From the NCBI GenBank assembly GCA_964016885.1, contig OZ024741.1, positions 112,530,001 through 112,594,000 of the forward strand: 64,000 bases of DNA, in the 5' to 3' direction. Both the position numbers and the translations under genes were made by a program. This stretch comes from Eledone cirrhosa (lineage: Eukaryota). Each line of letters opens with the position of its first letter. The stretch's first letter is position 1. Under the pieces are notes generated by a model. It was not told the origin of the DNA and made no database searches. It saw only the letters and a program-made list of their open reading frames with translations. This document shows, piece by piece, positions 11,792-24,968 of the stretch.

Positions 11792-14700
11792 ATCATCATC
11801 ATCATCATCACCGTTTTACGTCTGTTCATCCATGCTAGCATGAGTTAGACAGGTTGTCCTGTTGTGGGCAGTGTCTGGTCGGCTGACCATGCCTTGCTCA
11901 TACAGGAACTGATTTTGGCTTGATTTCTACAGCTGGATGCTCTTCCTAACACCAACTTCATTTACAGTGAGTGCTGGGTGCTTTTTTTTCCGTGGCGCCT
12001 ACACGACCATGGGAGATCGGGTACTCTGTATTACTGCGTGACGCCAGAGGTCACGGTCGTGTGTCATCGCCTTTGAGAGGTGTAATTGGTTAAGGTCGGC
12101 TTTTATCACCTCATCCCAGGTGTTCTTGGGTCTCTCCACTCCGCGGTTTCCATTGACTTCTAGTGCTCTGCACCTTTTTATGCAGCTCTCATCCTTCATA
12201 CGCATCACATGTCCATACCAACGCAACCGCCTCTCCTGCACACAGCATTTGATTCCTCTTATGCTCAGTCTCTCTCTCAATTCATTTATGCTTTGCCGTT
12301 CGCGTATATTACTATTACACATCCATCGGAGCATGCAGGCTTCGTTTTTTTCTAATCTACGTAAGTCTTCCACCTTCAGCGCCCAGGTCTCACTACCATG
12401 TAACGTTGCTGTTCGTATACACGCATCATACAGTCTGCCTTTCATTTTGAGGGAAAAGCCTTTTGCAGCTAGCAGTGGCAGTAGTTCCCTGAACTTCTTC
12501 CATCCCGTTCTTACCCTAGTTATTGTACCTTCTGAACACCCACTTCCGCTGCTAATTCGGTCACCTAGGTAGCAGAAGCTGTCTACTGTTTCTACAGAGC
12601 CCTCCCAGAGATTTGTGGTATTGTTTCCTGTGGCTGTTTGCTGCTTGCTGTTCCAGCACAACTGCTACATGTGAAGCCTACATTCTTAGTTAAGCTTCCT
12701 GACATCCCGCTACATCTCTTGTGTATCCATTGTTTGCATTTGTGGCAGAAAATGGAGTTCCTACCGACACCTTTCCTACATACTGAGCAAGGCCATTTCC
12801 CTGATGGGATATGGGTTCTGTTTTCTAGTCTACTTACAAGGACCTTAGTCTTTGTCAGGTTGACTTTGAGACCCTTTCTTTCTAGTCCCTGCTTCCAAGT
12901 TTGGAATTTCTTCTCTAGTTCTACCATAGATTCAGCTATAAGTGCGAGGTCATCAGCATACAGGAGTTCCCATGGGCATCCGGTCTTAAACTCCTCCGTT
13001 ATTGCCTGCAGGACTATGATGAACAGGAGAGGGCTAAGAACAGAGCCCTGGTGGACACCAACCTGTACGCTAAATTCCTCGCTATACTCATTGCTAATCC
13101 TAACTTTGCTGACTGCTCTTCTATACATGGCTTGTACAGCTTTCACAAGCCATTCATCTACTCCTAGTTTTCTAAGAGCCCACCAGATTATAGCACGTGG
13201 AACTCTGTCAAAGGCTTTCTCGAGAACGATGAATGCCAGGTAGAGTGGCTAGGTACTTTTCCTGTAACTGCCTCACAAGGAAGAGGGCATCAGTGGTGCC
13301 TCTTCCTGGTACAAACCCAAATTGCATCTCATCTAGTTTCACCCGGTCCCTAATCAACTGTGCTATAACTCTTTCTGTTACTTTCATGACCTGGTCCATC
13401 AGCTTTATACCTCTATAGTTTCCTCTATCTAGTGCATCACCTTTACCTTTGTAGCAGTTGACAATAATACTACTGCACCAATCTTTTGGTATGACACCTA
13501 GTATTACCTGGTTAACAATACGTGTGGTTATAGTGTGACCTACAGACCCAGATGCCTTCAGCATCTCGGCAGCTATACCCGATGGACCGGTTGCCTTCCC
13601 CATCTTCATATCTTTGATTGCCTTACTTACTACGCTGCTGCTGACTTGTACTGCTAGCCCCTCTATAGGGTCTACTTAGGGTAGGGTATCTTCTTCCCAT
13701 GCATTCTCCTCATTTAGTAATCTATCGTAATGGCTCTTCCATGCATCTTTCTTCTCAGCACTTGTGAGGGCAAGCTCACCTTTATCATTCCATATACACT
13801 TCTCCCCAATGACATCACAATTCTCTCTGACACACTGCCTCGCAATCTTGAATACCTCCTGTTTCTGGTCCTCACGTTGCAAAACATGCTTGAATTTTCT
13901 ATCCTCTGCTTCCCTCTTAGCTTGTCGCCTAGCTTCCCTCTTGGTCTCTATGTAATGTACCCTGCTTCCCCGTTCTTCCATTCTTTCCATGCCTGTCTCT
14001 TGGCCTTAACTGCCTCATCTACCTTATTGTTCCACCACCAAGTCACTCTCCTCCTGCTTGTGGTCATACTCCAGCCACAGATCTCATCCGTCGCCTCTAG
14101 TAAGTTATATTTTAGGAACTCCCAGTACTCTTCTACATTGAATGTCTCTATCTGTTCTTCTTTACTGTCGTAGGCGTTGAATAAAATATCTTTAAATCTG
14201 TTACTGGCTGAGGGGTTTTTCAGCTTCCAGATCTTTCTACTCCAGGTTGGCTTCTGTTTCCAGGTTCGTCTAGTTCTGACCGTGAGGTCGCTGACAACTA
14301 AGTTATGTTGGGAGGTACATTCCTCACTAGGGAAGGCTTTTGTGTTTACGCGTCCACTGATGAGGATAAAATCTATCTGACTAGAATGCTCCCCTGATCT
14401 ATAGGTGATCAGGTGGTTGTCGGGTTTTTTGAAGTTTGTGTTACATATCGACATGTCATTGGCGTCGCAGAATTCTAGAAGTCTGAATCCTTCTTCATTT
14501 CTTGTGCCAACCCCATTGCTTCCATGGACCGTATTGCAGCCGTCACAGTGTTTACCTACGTGTCCGTTAAAATCTCCTGCAATAATTAGGAAGTCATTGT
14601 CGTTTGTTAGAGCAGTAGTGTGCATTAGGGACTCGTAAAACCTATCCTTAAGTTCGTCTGGCAACCCTGATTGGGGTGCGTAAGCTGATATTATTGTGGT

Positions 14701-15150
14701 AATTGTTTTATTCAGGACTAGTCTGAGTTTAATGATTCTTGCATTTACCCTGTTCACTGAGATTACTTTATCTACCCATTTGTCAGCTAGTTGAATACTT
14801 ACACCACCCATCCTATCGTCATTTCCCACCCAGAAAAAATTGTAGCACTGACTTTTTCCTACAAGGACTCTAGCAGACTCTCCTCTCCATCTAGTCTCTT
14901 GCACACAGCATACATCAATTTTCTTTCGCTCTAGTATCTCTACGATTTCGCCTGCTCTTCGTTTCATTTTGCTTACATTGATGGTACCAACTCGGAGTTT
15001 TGGGCATTTCTCAACATTCGTGGGGAAGGGTCGATTTTTGCAGGGGTGTGCGTGTGCTTCCTGTCTCTGAATTGAAGCTTCACATGGGTGCTTGGTAGCT
15101 CGCGGATTCATATTCATTTTCATTTATTAATTAATTCAGGGTTGCTCCAT
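11792..15150 (-). mobile_element. Near-full-length RTE LINE (APE endonuclease, RT, PHD-like finger), disabled
   Basis: APE motifs VCCVQETRW, AYAPQ, GDFNGHVG, QIDFIL. RT motifs QFGFVPGRGTTDA, QGSVLSPLLF, LLYADDL. Split across ORFs 13948-15123, 13676-13990, 13208-13609, 12592-13146 and 11999-12661 by frameshifts and a stop. (GAT)n tail. Confidence 0.95.
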
Positions 15151-15242
15151 TTATTATATATATATATATATATGTATGGATATATTATGTATATATATGT
15201 ATATGTATGTATATATATATATATGTATATGTATGTATATAT

Positions 15243-15856
15243 GTTGGTGCTACTGGTGCAGTTGGTGCTACTGGTAACATGTATCCCAGTACAACCTGTC
15301 ACATGGTCGGATCGTTGGCGACTAAACTGGCAACCCCACCAAGGCTTCTTGGTGAGGAGGGTGACTTTGGACATCCTGCAGGACTAAAAACAAAACCTGT
15401 CAAAGGGCAAAGGAGCTCTTAAGAGTCAATGGCCATCCAAAATCACTGGGAGAGATGACCCCTTAGCCTTTGTCAAGGCAGAATTCTAGGAGAAGGAAAA
15501 CTCTGATATAACACCTGCAACCCTGATGGTATCCAATGATGTTGACTTGTTCTTCTTTTTGGTAAATATCATCTTGGTTAAGAGAGTGGGACTGACTTTG
15601 TGCAGTGCCTTTGCTCACTATAAAAGCTTCACGGCACAGGCATTGCTTTATATCTGGAGATCTCTTTGCACTTGTCGTCACATGGTACCATGGGCTCAGC
15701 ACTATGTGTCAATAATGGTCACAAGTGTAGTGTTTGTACCAGATTTTCAAGTCGCTGGCTGGACTAAAAAGTCACATTCGTTCAGCGCATCGGTAGGGGT
15801 TCTCCTACATGGATATAAAGTAGTGGCCGTACTCGAAAACGAGTTGGCAGCCATCA
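15243..15856 (+). mobile_element. ~610-bp non-autonomous RTE-derived element, copy 1
   Basis: RTE-5'UTR-like motif ctaggagaaggaaaactctga, plus a 3' remnant encoding an RTE-type terminal C2H2 finger. Six near-identical copies in the window. Confidence 0.7.
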
Positions 15857-15866
15857 TGTATATATG

Positions 15867-15897
<31 letters not shown>

Positions 15898-15966
15898 GTA
15901 TACGTATACATGTATATATATATATATATGTATATATAGATATGTATATATATATGTATATATATG

Positions 15967-16005
<39 letters not shown>

Positions 16006-16034
16006 GTGTATATGTATATGTATGTATATGTATG

Positions 16035-16067
<33 letters not shown>

Positions 16068-16124
16068 GTATGTATGTATATATATATTCATGTATGTATG
16101 TGTATGTATGTATATGTATATATG

Positions 16125-16180
<56 letters not shown>

Positions 16181-17286
16181 TAAATGTAAGTATGCATACG
16201 TACATACATATATGTATACAAACGTACAGTAGTATGTATATATATACATACATGCACACACACATATATATATATGTACGTATGGGTTTACCAAACATTT
16301 ATTATAATGTTCGGTTTGTTTGTAAACAAACAGTCCGAATTACACCGTACAGTGTACGGCAACCATCGTCGCCTTTTTGTTCAACACTGACACAAGAACG
16401 ATGTACTAGTTTCAAGCTTATTAGCTATCGTCACCAACCATCGAATACCTTTCTGTCAGACGATTGAACCTTTGAAAGTATATACTTTCCTTATGCATAT
16501 TAACGGCTGAGCAGCCTAATTTGCATATCAAGTGAGTTAGTCGGCCGGGCGTACCGAAAAGGATAAATGTAAAAGAATGAAACGAAAATTCATTTCTCAC
16601 TCTTAGTACGACTGATACTTAAATGTAAGTATGTATACGTACATACATATATGTATACATACGTACAGTAGCATGTATATATATACATACATGCACACAT
16701 ATATATATGTACGTATGGGTTTACCGAACATTTATTATAATGTTCGGTTTGTTTGTAAACAAACAGCCCGAATTACGCCGTACAGTGTTCGGCAACCATC
16801 GTCGCCTTTTTGTTCAACACTGACACAGGAACGATGTAGTAGTTTCAAGCTTATTAGCTATCGTCAGCAACGTATAACTTCGTATGCCGACTGAACTCAC
16901 TCGATATGCAAATTAGGTTGCTCAACCGTTTATATGCATAAGGAAAGTATATACTTTCAAACGTTCAACCATCTGGCAGGAAGGTATACGATGCTGACGA
17001 TAGCTAATAAGCTTGAAACTAGTACATCGTTCCTGTGTCAGTGTTGAACAAAAAGGCGACGATGGTTTCCGAACACTGTACGGCGTAATTCGGGCTGTTT
17101 GTTTACAAACAAACCGAACATTATAATAAATTTTTCGGTAAACCCATGCGTACATATATATATGTGTGCATGTATGTATATATATACATACTACTGTACG
17201 TCTGTATACATATATGTATGTACGTATACATACTTACATTTAGTCGTATTAAGAGTGAGAAATGAAATTTCGTTTCATTCTTTTCC

Positions 17287-17290
<4 letters not shown>
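16181..17290. repeat. ORF-less ~440-bp unit in tandem (16181-16620, 16621-~16890) plus an inverted copy (~16893-17290), each with an HHR
   Basis: Direct alignment by eye. HHR motifs at 16398-16443(-), 16831-16873(-) and 16988-17030(+). Confidence 0.85.
16988..17030 (+). ncRNA. Minimal type I hammerhead ribozyme
   Basis: acgatg-CTGACGA-t-agct(aata)agct-t-GAAA-ctag-TA-catcgt. 6-bp stem I, palindromic stem III actagt, GUA site. Confidence 0.85.
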
Positions 17291-17354
<64 letters not shown>

Positions 17355-17378
17355 GTATGTATATATATGTATATATAT

Positions 17379-17782
17379 GATGACCCCTTAGCCTTTGTCA
17401 AGGTAGAATTCTAGGAGAAGGAAAACTCTGATATAACACCTGCAACCCTGATGGTATCCAATGATGTTGAATTGTTCTTCTTTTTGGTAAATATCATCTT
17501 GGTTAAGAGAGTGGGACTGGCTTTGTGCAGTGCCTTTGCTCACTATAAAAGCTTCACAGCACAGGCATTGCTTTATATCTGGAGATCTCTCTGCACTTGT
17601 CGTCACATGGTACCATGGGCCCAGCACTATGTGTCAATAATTGTCAGAAGTGTAGTGTTTGTACCAGAGTTTTCAAGTCGCTGGCTGGACTAAAAAGTCA
17701 CACTCGTTCAGCGCATTGGTAGGGGTTCTCCTACATGGATATAAAGTAGTGGCCGTACTCGAAAACGAGTTGGCAGCCACCA
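17379..17782 (+). mobile_element. Non-autonomous RTE-derived element, copy 2 (5'-truncated)
   Basis: Near-identical to 15455-15856. Confidence 0.7.
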
Positions 17783-17856
<74 letters not shown>

Positions 17857-17857
17857 A

Positions 17858-17944
<87 letters not shown>

Positions 17945-17954
17945 AACAAGTAAG

Positions 17955-18049
17955 ACCCCCGACGGCTGAGCTCAAGCCGTTTCGACGGCTAATTCTGGAC
18001 TGAATGAAAATTTATTCTGGTATTTAAATAGCCGAGCTTATCAAGGGGT
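17955..18049 (-). ncRNA. Hammerhead ribozyme (U3-A8 variant) in the 3' pLTR
   Basis: Reverse complement of 22797-22890. Confidence 0.8.
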
Positions 18050-19220
18050 AATTCCATATATGGTCAAAGAGATAATCACCAGGATTGGTCACATCACAAG
18101 TTAGTAGTAAATCTGTGATGGCAAATTGGTGGGGGAAGGGGTAGCTAAACCTGCCGGTAGGAGAAAAAGGAGGGGGGTGGAGTAGACCCATTCATGCGTT
18201 GGTAGTGCCGGCTACAGCTGGGCGAGAGGTCAAAGAGGATACTGGGAGGGGGAGGGGGAGGAAGTCGAAACGGTAAGTAGAACAATAAAGGGTAAAACTA
18301 TAAAAAGTACTGAGAGAGAAAAAAAATAAGCAAAGTCTGGTTACTAAGACTTAAGTCTCTCGCTATTGCTAGGCTAAAGAAATACATAAATAAATAAATA
18401 AACAAATAAGTGAATAAAAGAATAGATAAATAAATAAAAAAAAAAAATATATATATACAATGAAGAATAAAAAAAAAAAATAAATAATAATAATCAAAAT
18501 AAACTAGGTGGGACGGAAATGAAGGGACCCTTATACGAGGTATAAGTGCGTGTATCGTACGGTGACGGGTCAACAAGGGGGGGCAAAAAACTAAAGAGAC
18601 TACCACGGAATAATGAAGGTTTCTACCCCAATCACAGTGCCAGCAACCACCCAGTGCAAGAAGGTAAACTAGTACGAGAATATACTTCAGGGTCCCGCAA
18701 AAAAATACTAGTGCTAACTCTAAGGGTACCGCCACGAAACAAAAAGTCTTATACAAGCTACATGAAAGATCGTACGAAGTAAAAGTAAAGAACGGAAAAT
18801 TAATACAGAACCCCCCCCCCCCCAAAAAAAAAGGGAAAAAGAAGAAAGGAATACTGGATAAACGAGAAATTAAAGCAAAGATGCCACTAAGAAATATAGA
18901 AGGCACGGAAAAAAGGGACAGCGGTCAGAGAAGGGGGCAAGTATCCGAAGTCTAACACCTCTGCTATAAAAAGCGGAGTCAGCCAAATCTATCATAGAAT
19001 AGGGGAGGGGGCGGGGGTGCTGAAGCTACAAGGGACCGAGGGGCTACCTCGGGTGGGCGAGAAAAAGACGACGACAAAGAAAAGGAACTGGGGTAGAGGG
19101 ACTAGGGAGGGATGGGAGGAAGGAGGAAATATAGAGGAAGCGATAAAAGAATGTAAAAGAAGATCTTACGTCTCCATTGGCAAGCAGGGGTTACCCATTA
19201 CAAAATAAGCAAGTGGGGTG

Positions 19221-21372
19221 TTATAGCCCTAGTCTACCCCCCGGGTCATTATTGGGTTTGAGGGCGAGGTAAGTCCTACGTAATCGGTGTTTACATGCAG
19301 TAACCAGTTCATCTTTCTTGTTTAGGAGTTGGTCCGTCGAAAACAGCATTTGTAAAGTTTCCTCCGAGCATAAATTGCACGGACGGCGTCCTCCCGTGTA
19401 AGAGTTGGCTCTGGACAGTAATTTCCAAGTGAGATCATAGTTGATGTTGTTGTCCTTGAGGTCCCATATGTGGCCCGAAAGTGTAGTGGCGTGACGCCGG
19501 GCCGGGTTTCGGAAGGTATGTCTGTGTTGGTATAGCCGGGTCTTGAAGTCACATGCAGTTAAACCTATATAAGCTTTGTTGGAGGTGTCCGTGCTCACGT
19601 TGCACTGGTAGATCACATTACGGTCTCTGCATCTGTTGTCGAGGGGGCAACTGGATCTATCAGGACAGTTGCACCACCTGGTCGGCTCTCCACTGCTATT
19701 TAGGTTGTTTCTTCCATCGGGGTTGAGTTTTTTGTTGTTGGAGGAGACGATGTTTTGTGCGAAGTTAGGTGTAGTGCTGTAAGAGAGTTTGATGGTATTT
19801 TTGTTAATTATGTTGTGGTAGCGGTGTTGTGGTGGGAAGTGTTTTTCAATGAGCCTAAAGAAAATTTTCCCGATGGGAGTTGTCACCTCGACGTTGTGGG
19901 GGAGGATTGAACCATGTTAGATTGCGTGAGCGGCGGTGTCGCCTGCTGGTTCCGCTGATGGGAGCTGGACAGTAGGATATTTCCTCCCGGAAACCACTCC
20001 GCTTGAGGGCCTGGTTGTAGTAAGGCGCATGTTCATCGAATATCTTCTCATTAGCTGACAAACGGGATATGCGGAGGGAGATGTTTTTGACCAGGTTGTT
20101 GGTGATGTTCCTAGGCTGGTTAGATCGGCGGTGGATGTAGTGCAGGTTGTCATTGGGTTTCCTGTATGGGTAGTACAGGTCATTATTGAGATCGAGGGTA
20201 ACGTCCAGGAAATTAACTCGGGTCAGGGACGTTTGTAGGGTTATTTTAAATCCCCAGTCGCGGAAGAAGCTGATTAATTGTTTACGGACCCGATCTGTAC
20301 TACTGGGGTTGTACACTTTAACGGTAAGGAGCCCATCATCACGGTACAATCCACCACCGAAAGCAGGAAACATATCGGTGAGTTTGGCTATAAGGAATAA
20401 TCCTCTAAGATCTGTGACCTCCGCCGAATCCGTAGCGCCCATGCTGACGTCGAAGGGTGAGTCGGGAGCTCTTTTTATCCATTTGGAGTTGTCAAAGAGT
20501 AAGACTGTCTTCCTGGCGTGGAGGATGATGTTTCTTTCCTGGTCGGTGATGGGCACAAGTGCTTCGGCGAAGTCCAAGGCGGCAGTAAGTAGCGGTAAGG
20601 TGATTGAAGCATAGTAGCTCTCTATGTCGAACTGGATAAATTTAGTGTCTCGTTTATCCTCCATATTGCTGAACCATGAGATAACTTCCTGGGTGTTGAT
20701 CCATAGGCTAAGTCGGGCGTGTTGCTTGACTTTTGGTATCACGCGGTCTAGGATTTTTTTGCTGATTCTCCCTATGTCGGACTTCGTTGGGTTTATAAGC
20801 CTGATAGATGGTTTACGGTTGAAATCGGATTTGTGGTAGGGTGTCCGTGGGTCTAGGGGTTCGGTGCGGTCGGCGACCCCGAGGCTGGAGGTAATTTGTT
20901 GTCCATCTCGATTAATGTCCTCGATGCATGAGTGGTTAGCCTTTTTATAGGTGGAGTTTAGGCTGCTCCTGATCAGTGTGTGGTATCTGTCGGGGTTGAC
21001 AAAGTATAGGTTCCCAGTTTTATCCGAATGCACCATGATGTCATTGGTGTTATCATACTCTGTTAAGTTGCTACGGAGTTTTTGTAGGAATCGGTTGTGT
21101 CTGGGTTTGAATTTAAGGTTCTTGACCAGTTGGAAGAGGTCATTCTCGAAGGGTGAGAGCAAAGGGTTGGGGGGGGGGATTTGTAGGTAATAAATCCGAA
21201 TCTCTCCTTGGTACCGAAGTCCTGATTGTCGCAAAATCTGTCGTAGAAAAAAGTTCTCCATCTAAGTCTTTTCGTAAATAGATCGATTTTTTTGCGTGAG
21301 CATCCGAAGGTAAAGTTTTTTCGGTGGGATTGGGATGTTCTTGGTAGAGAAGTCGATGTTGTGTTTTCGCAT
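19221..21372 (-). pseudogene. PLE RT-GIY-YIG polyprotein (~715 codons, frameshifted)
   Basis: MRKHNIDFSTKNIPIP...DKTGN...RLINPTKSDIG...FDIESYYASI...FDVSMG...LYRDDGL...NFLDVTL...WFNPP...CNC..CPL...C...VIYQC...YIGLT...FKTRLYQH...CNLC. Several shifts fall at or near homopolymer runs. Confidence 0.9.
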
Positions 21373-21558
21373 GGTGCGGGTGAAAGAAATTGAGCTTAGC
21401 GGAAAAAGTCTGGATACGGCGTGGTAGGGTCGGAAAGTGCTCTACTACGGGGATAGGAGCTAGATAACGAAGGAAATGTGGTAAGGAACCAGGTGGACCA
21501 TAACGCACCAAAGTACTCAATACTTAGGGTAGTAGAGTGGGTAATAGGAACAAGTAAG

Positions 21559-21652
21559 ACCCCGACGGCTGAGCTCAAGCCGTTTCGACGGCTAATTCTG
21601 GACTGAATGAAAATTTATTCTGGTATTTAAATAGCCGAGCTTATCAAGGGGT
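21559..21652 (-). ncRNA. Hammerhead ribozyme (U3-A8 variant) in the 5' pLTR
   Basis: Reverse complement of 22797-22890. Confidence 0.8.
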
Positions 21653-22796
21653 AATTCCATATATGTTCAAAGAGATAATCACCAGGATTGGTCACATCAC
21701 AAGTTAGTAGTAAATCTGTGATGGCAAATTGGTGGGAGAAGGGGTAGCTAAACCTGCCGGTAGGAGAAAAAGGGAGAGGGGTGGAGTAGACCCATTCATG
21801 CGTTGGTAGTGCCGGCTACAGTTGGGCGTGAGGTCAAAGAGGATACTGGGGAGGGGGAGGGGGAGGAAGTCGAAACGGTAAGTAGAACAATAAAGGGTAA
21901 AACTATTAAAAGTACTGAGAGAGAAAAAAAAATAAGCAAAGTCTGGTTACTAAGACTTAAGTCTCTCGCTATTGCTAGGCTAAAGAAATACATAAATACA
22001 TAAATAAACAAGTAAGTGAATAAAAGAATAGATAAATAAATTTAAAAAATATATATATATATATATAATGAATAATAATAAAAAAAAAAAAATAATAATA
22101 ATCAAAATAAACTAGGTGGGACGGAAATGAAGGGACCCTTATACGAGGTATAAGTGCGTGTATCGTACGGTGACGGGTCAACAAGGGGGGCAAAAAACTA
22201 AAGAGACTACCACGGAATAATGAAGGTTTCTACCCCAATCACAGGGCCAGCAACCACCCAGTGCAAGAAGGTAAACTAGTACGAGAATATAATTCAGGGT
22301 CCCGCAAAAAAATACGTACATACATATATGTATACAGACGTACAGTAGTATGTATATATATACATACATGCACACATATATATATATGTACGTATGGGTT
22401 TTTTTTAAATTTATTTATCTATTCTTTTATTCACTTATTTGTTTATTTATTTATTTATGTATTTCTTTAGCCTAGCAATAGCGAGAGACTTAAGTCTTAG
22501 TAACCAGACTTTGCTTTTTTTTTTTCTCTCTCAGTACTTTTTATAGTTTTACCCTTTATTGTTCTACTTACCGTTTCGACTTCCTCCCCCTCCCCCTCCC
22601 CAGTATCCTCTTTGACCTCTCGCCCAGCTGTAGCCGGCACTACCAACGCATGAATGGGTCTACTCCACCCCTCTCCCTTTTTCTCCTACCGGCAGGTTTA
22701 GCTACCCCTTCCCCCACCAATTTGCCATCACAGATTTACTACTAACTTGTGATGTGACCAATCCTGGTGATTATCTCTTTGACCATATATGGAATT

Positions 22797-22890
22797 ACCC
22801 CTTGATAAGCTCGGCTATTTAAATACCAGAATAAATTTTCATTCAGTCCAGAATTAGCCGTCGAAACGGCTTGAGCTCAGCCGTCGGGGT
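22797..22890 (+). ncRNA. Hammerhead ribozyme (U3-A8 variant) in the inverted pLTR
   Basis: acccc-TTGATAA-gctcggcta...tagccgtc-GAA-acggct(tgagctc)agccgt-C-ggggt. 5-bp stem I, 6-bp stem III, GUC site. Confidence 0.8.
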
Positions 22891-23010
22891 CTTACTTGTT
22901 CCTATTACCCACTCTACTACCCTAAGTATTGAGTACTTTGGTGCGTTATGGTCCACCTGGTTCCTTACCACATTTCCTTCGTTATATATATAAATATATA
23001 TATATATATA

Positions 23011-23390
23011 TCAGAGTTTTCCCTCTCCTAGAATTGTGATATAACACCTGCAATCCTGATGGTATTCAATGATGTTGACTTGTTCTTCTTTTTGGTAAAT
23101 ATCATCTTGGTTAAGAGAGTGGGACTGGCTTTGTGCAGTGCCTTTGCTCACTATAAAAGCTTCACGGCATAGGCATTGCTTTATATCTGGAGATCTCTCT
23201 GCACTTGTCGTCACATGGTACCATGGGCCCAGCACTATGTGTCAGTAATTGTCACAAGTGTAGTGTTTGTACCAGAGTTTTCAAGTCGCTGGCTGGACTA
23301 AAAAGTCACACTCGTTCAGCGCATCAGTAGGGGTTCTCCTACATGGATATAAAGTAGTGGCCGTACTCGAAAACGGGTTGGCAGCCACCA
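23011..23390 (+). mobile_element. Non-autonomous RTE-derived element, copy 3 (short 5' inversion)
   Basis: 23011-23035 is the inverted aattctaggag...ctctga motif. The rest is colinear with the other copies. Confidence 0.7.
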
Positions 23391-23416
23391 TATATATATA
23401 TATGGATATATAAGTG

Positions 23417-23766
<350 letters not shown>

Positions 23767-23944
23767 AACCAATAAGACCCCGACAGCTGAGCTCAAGCCG
23801 TTTCGACGGCTAATTCTGGACTGTCGAAACGGCTTGAGCTCAGCTGTCGGGGTCTTACTGGTTCCTATTACCCACTCTACTACCTCAAGTATTGAGTACT
23901 TTGGTGCGTTATGGTCCACCTGGTTCCTTACCACATTTCCTTCG

Positions 23945-23997
<53 letters not shown>

Positions 23998-24148
23998 TAT
24001 ATTACCTTACAGCTTGTGGAGTTGTGAATCCATGCAATCCTAAGTTTCCCAGCATACCACGTGGTGTAACGAATGACTTAAATTATCCTAGTCATATAAG
24101 TATAGATGTAATTATACATATCAAGCTTTAAGGTAATATATATATATA

Positions 24149-24760
24149 TGGTGGCTGCCAACTCGTTTTCGAGTACGGCCACTACTTTATATCCATGTAG
24201 GAGAACCCCTACCAATGCGCTGAACGACTGAGACTTTTTAGTCCAGCCGGCGACTTGAAAACTCTGGTACAAACACTACACTTGTGACAACTATTGACAC
24301 ATAGTGCTGGGCCCATGGTACCATGTGACGACAAGTGCAGAGAGATCTCCAGATATAAAGCAATGCCTGTGCCGTGAAGCTTTTATAGTGAGCAAAGGCA
24401 CTGCACAAAGCCAGCCCCACTCTCTTAACCAAGATGATATTTACCAAAAAGAAGAACAAGTCAACATCATTGGATACCATCAGGGTTGCAGGTGTTATAT
24501 CAGAGTTTTCCTTCTCCTAGAATTCTGCCTTGACAAAGGCTAATGGGTCATCTCTCCCGGTGATTTTGGATGGCCATTGACTCTTAAGAGCTCCTTTGCC
24601 CTTTGACAGGTTTTGTTTTTAGTCCTGCAGGATGTCCAAAGTCACCCTCCTCACCAAGAAACCTTGGTGGGGTTGCCAGTTTAGTCGCCAACGACCCGAC
24701 CATGAGACAGGTTGTACTGGGATACATGTTACCAGTAGCACCAACTGTGGTGACCTGACA
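24149..24760 (-). mobile_element. Non-autonomous RTE-derived element, copy 4 (full length)
   Basis: Reverse complement of 26597-27204. Confidence 0.7.
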
Positions 24761-24765
24761 TTATA

Positions 24766-24930
<165 letters not shown>

Positions 24931-24931
24931 G

Positions 24932-24968
<37 letters not shown>

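Larger units (their letters stand above)
17940..22985 (-). mobile_element. Penelope-like element (Hydra-clade-like) with direct pLTRs (17940-18708, 21544-22315) and an inverted pLTR (22400-22985)
   Basis: RT plus C-terminal GIY-YIG ORF between ~770-bp direct repeats, an upstream inverted repeat copy, and (TA)n on both sides. This is canonical PLE architecture. Confidence 0.9.

Noticed and set aside
22895-22933. pLTR end resembling nematode SL1 (attaccc...taccctaagtattgag versus GGTTTAATTACCCAAGTTTGAG)
   Set aside because: Short, gapped similarity with no SL-RNA stem-loops or Sm site that I can identify. Chance is likely.
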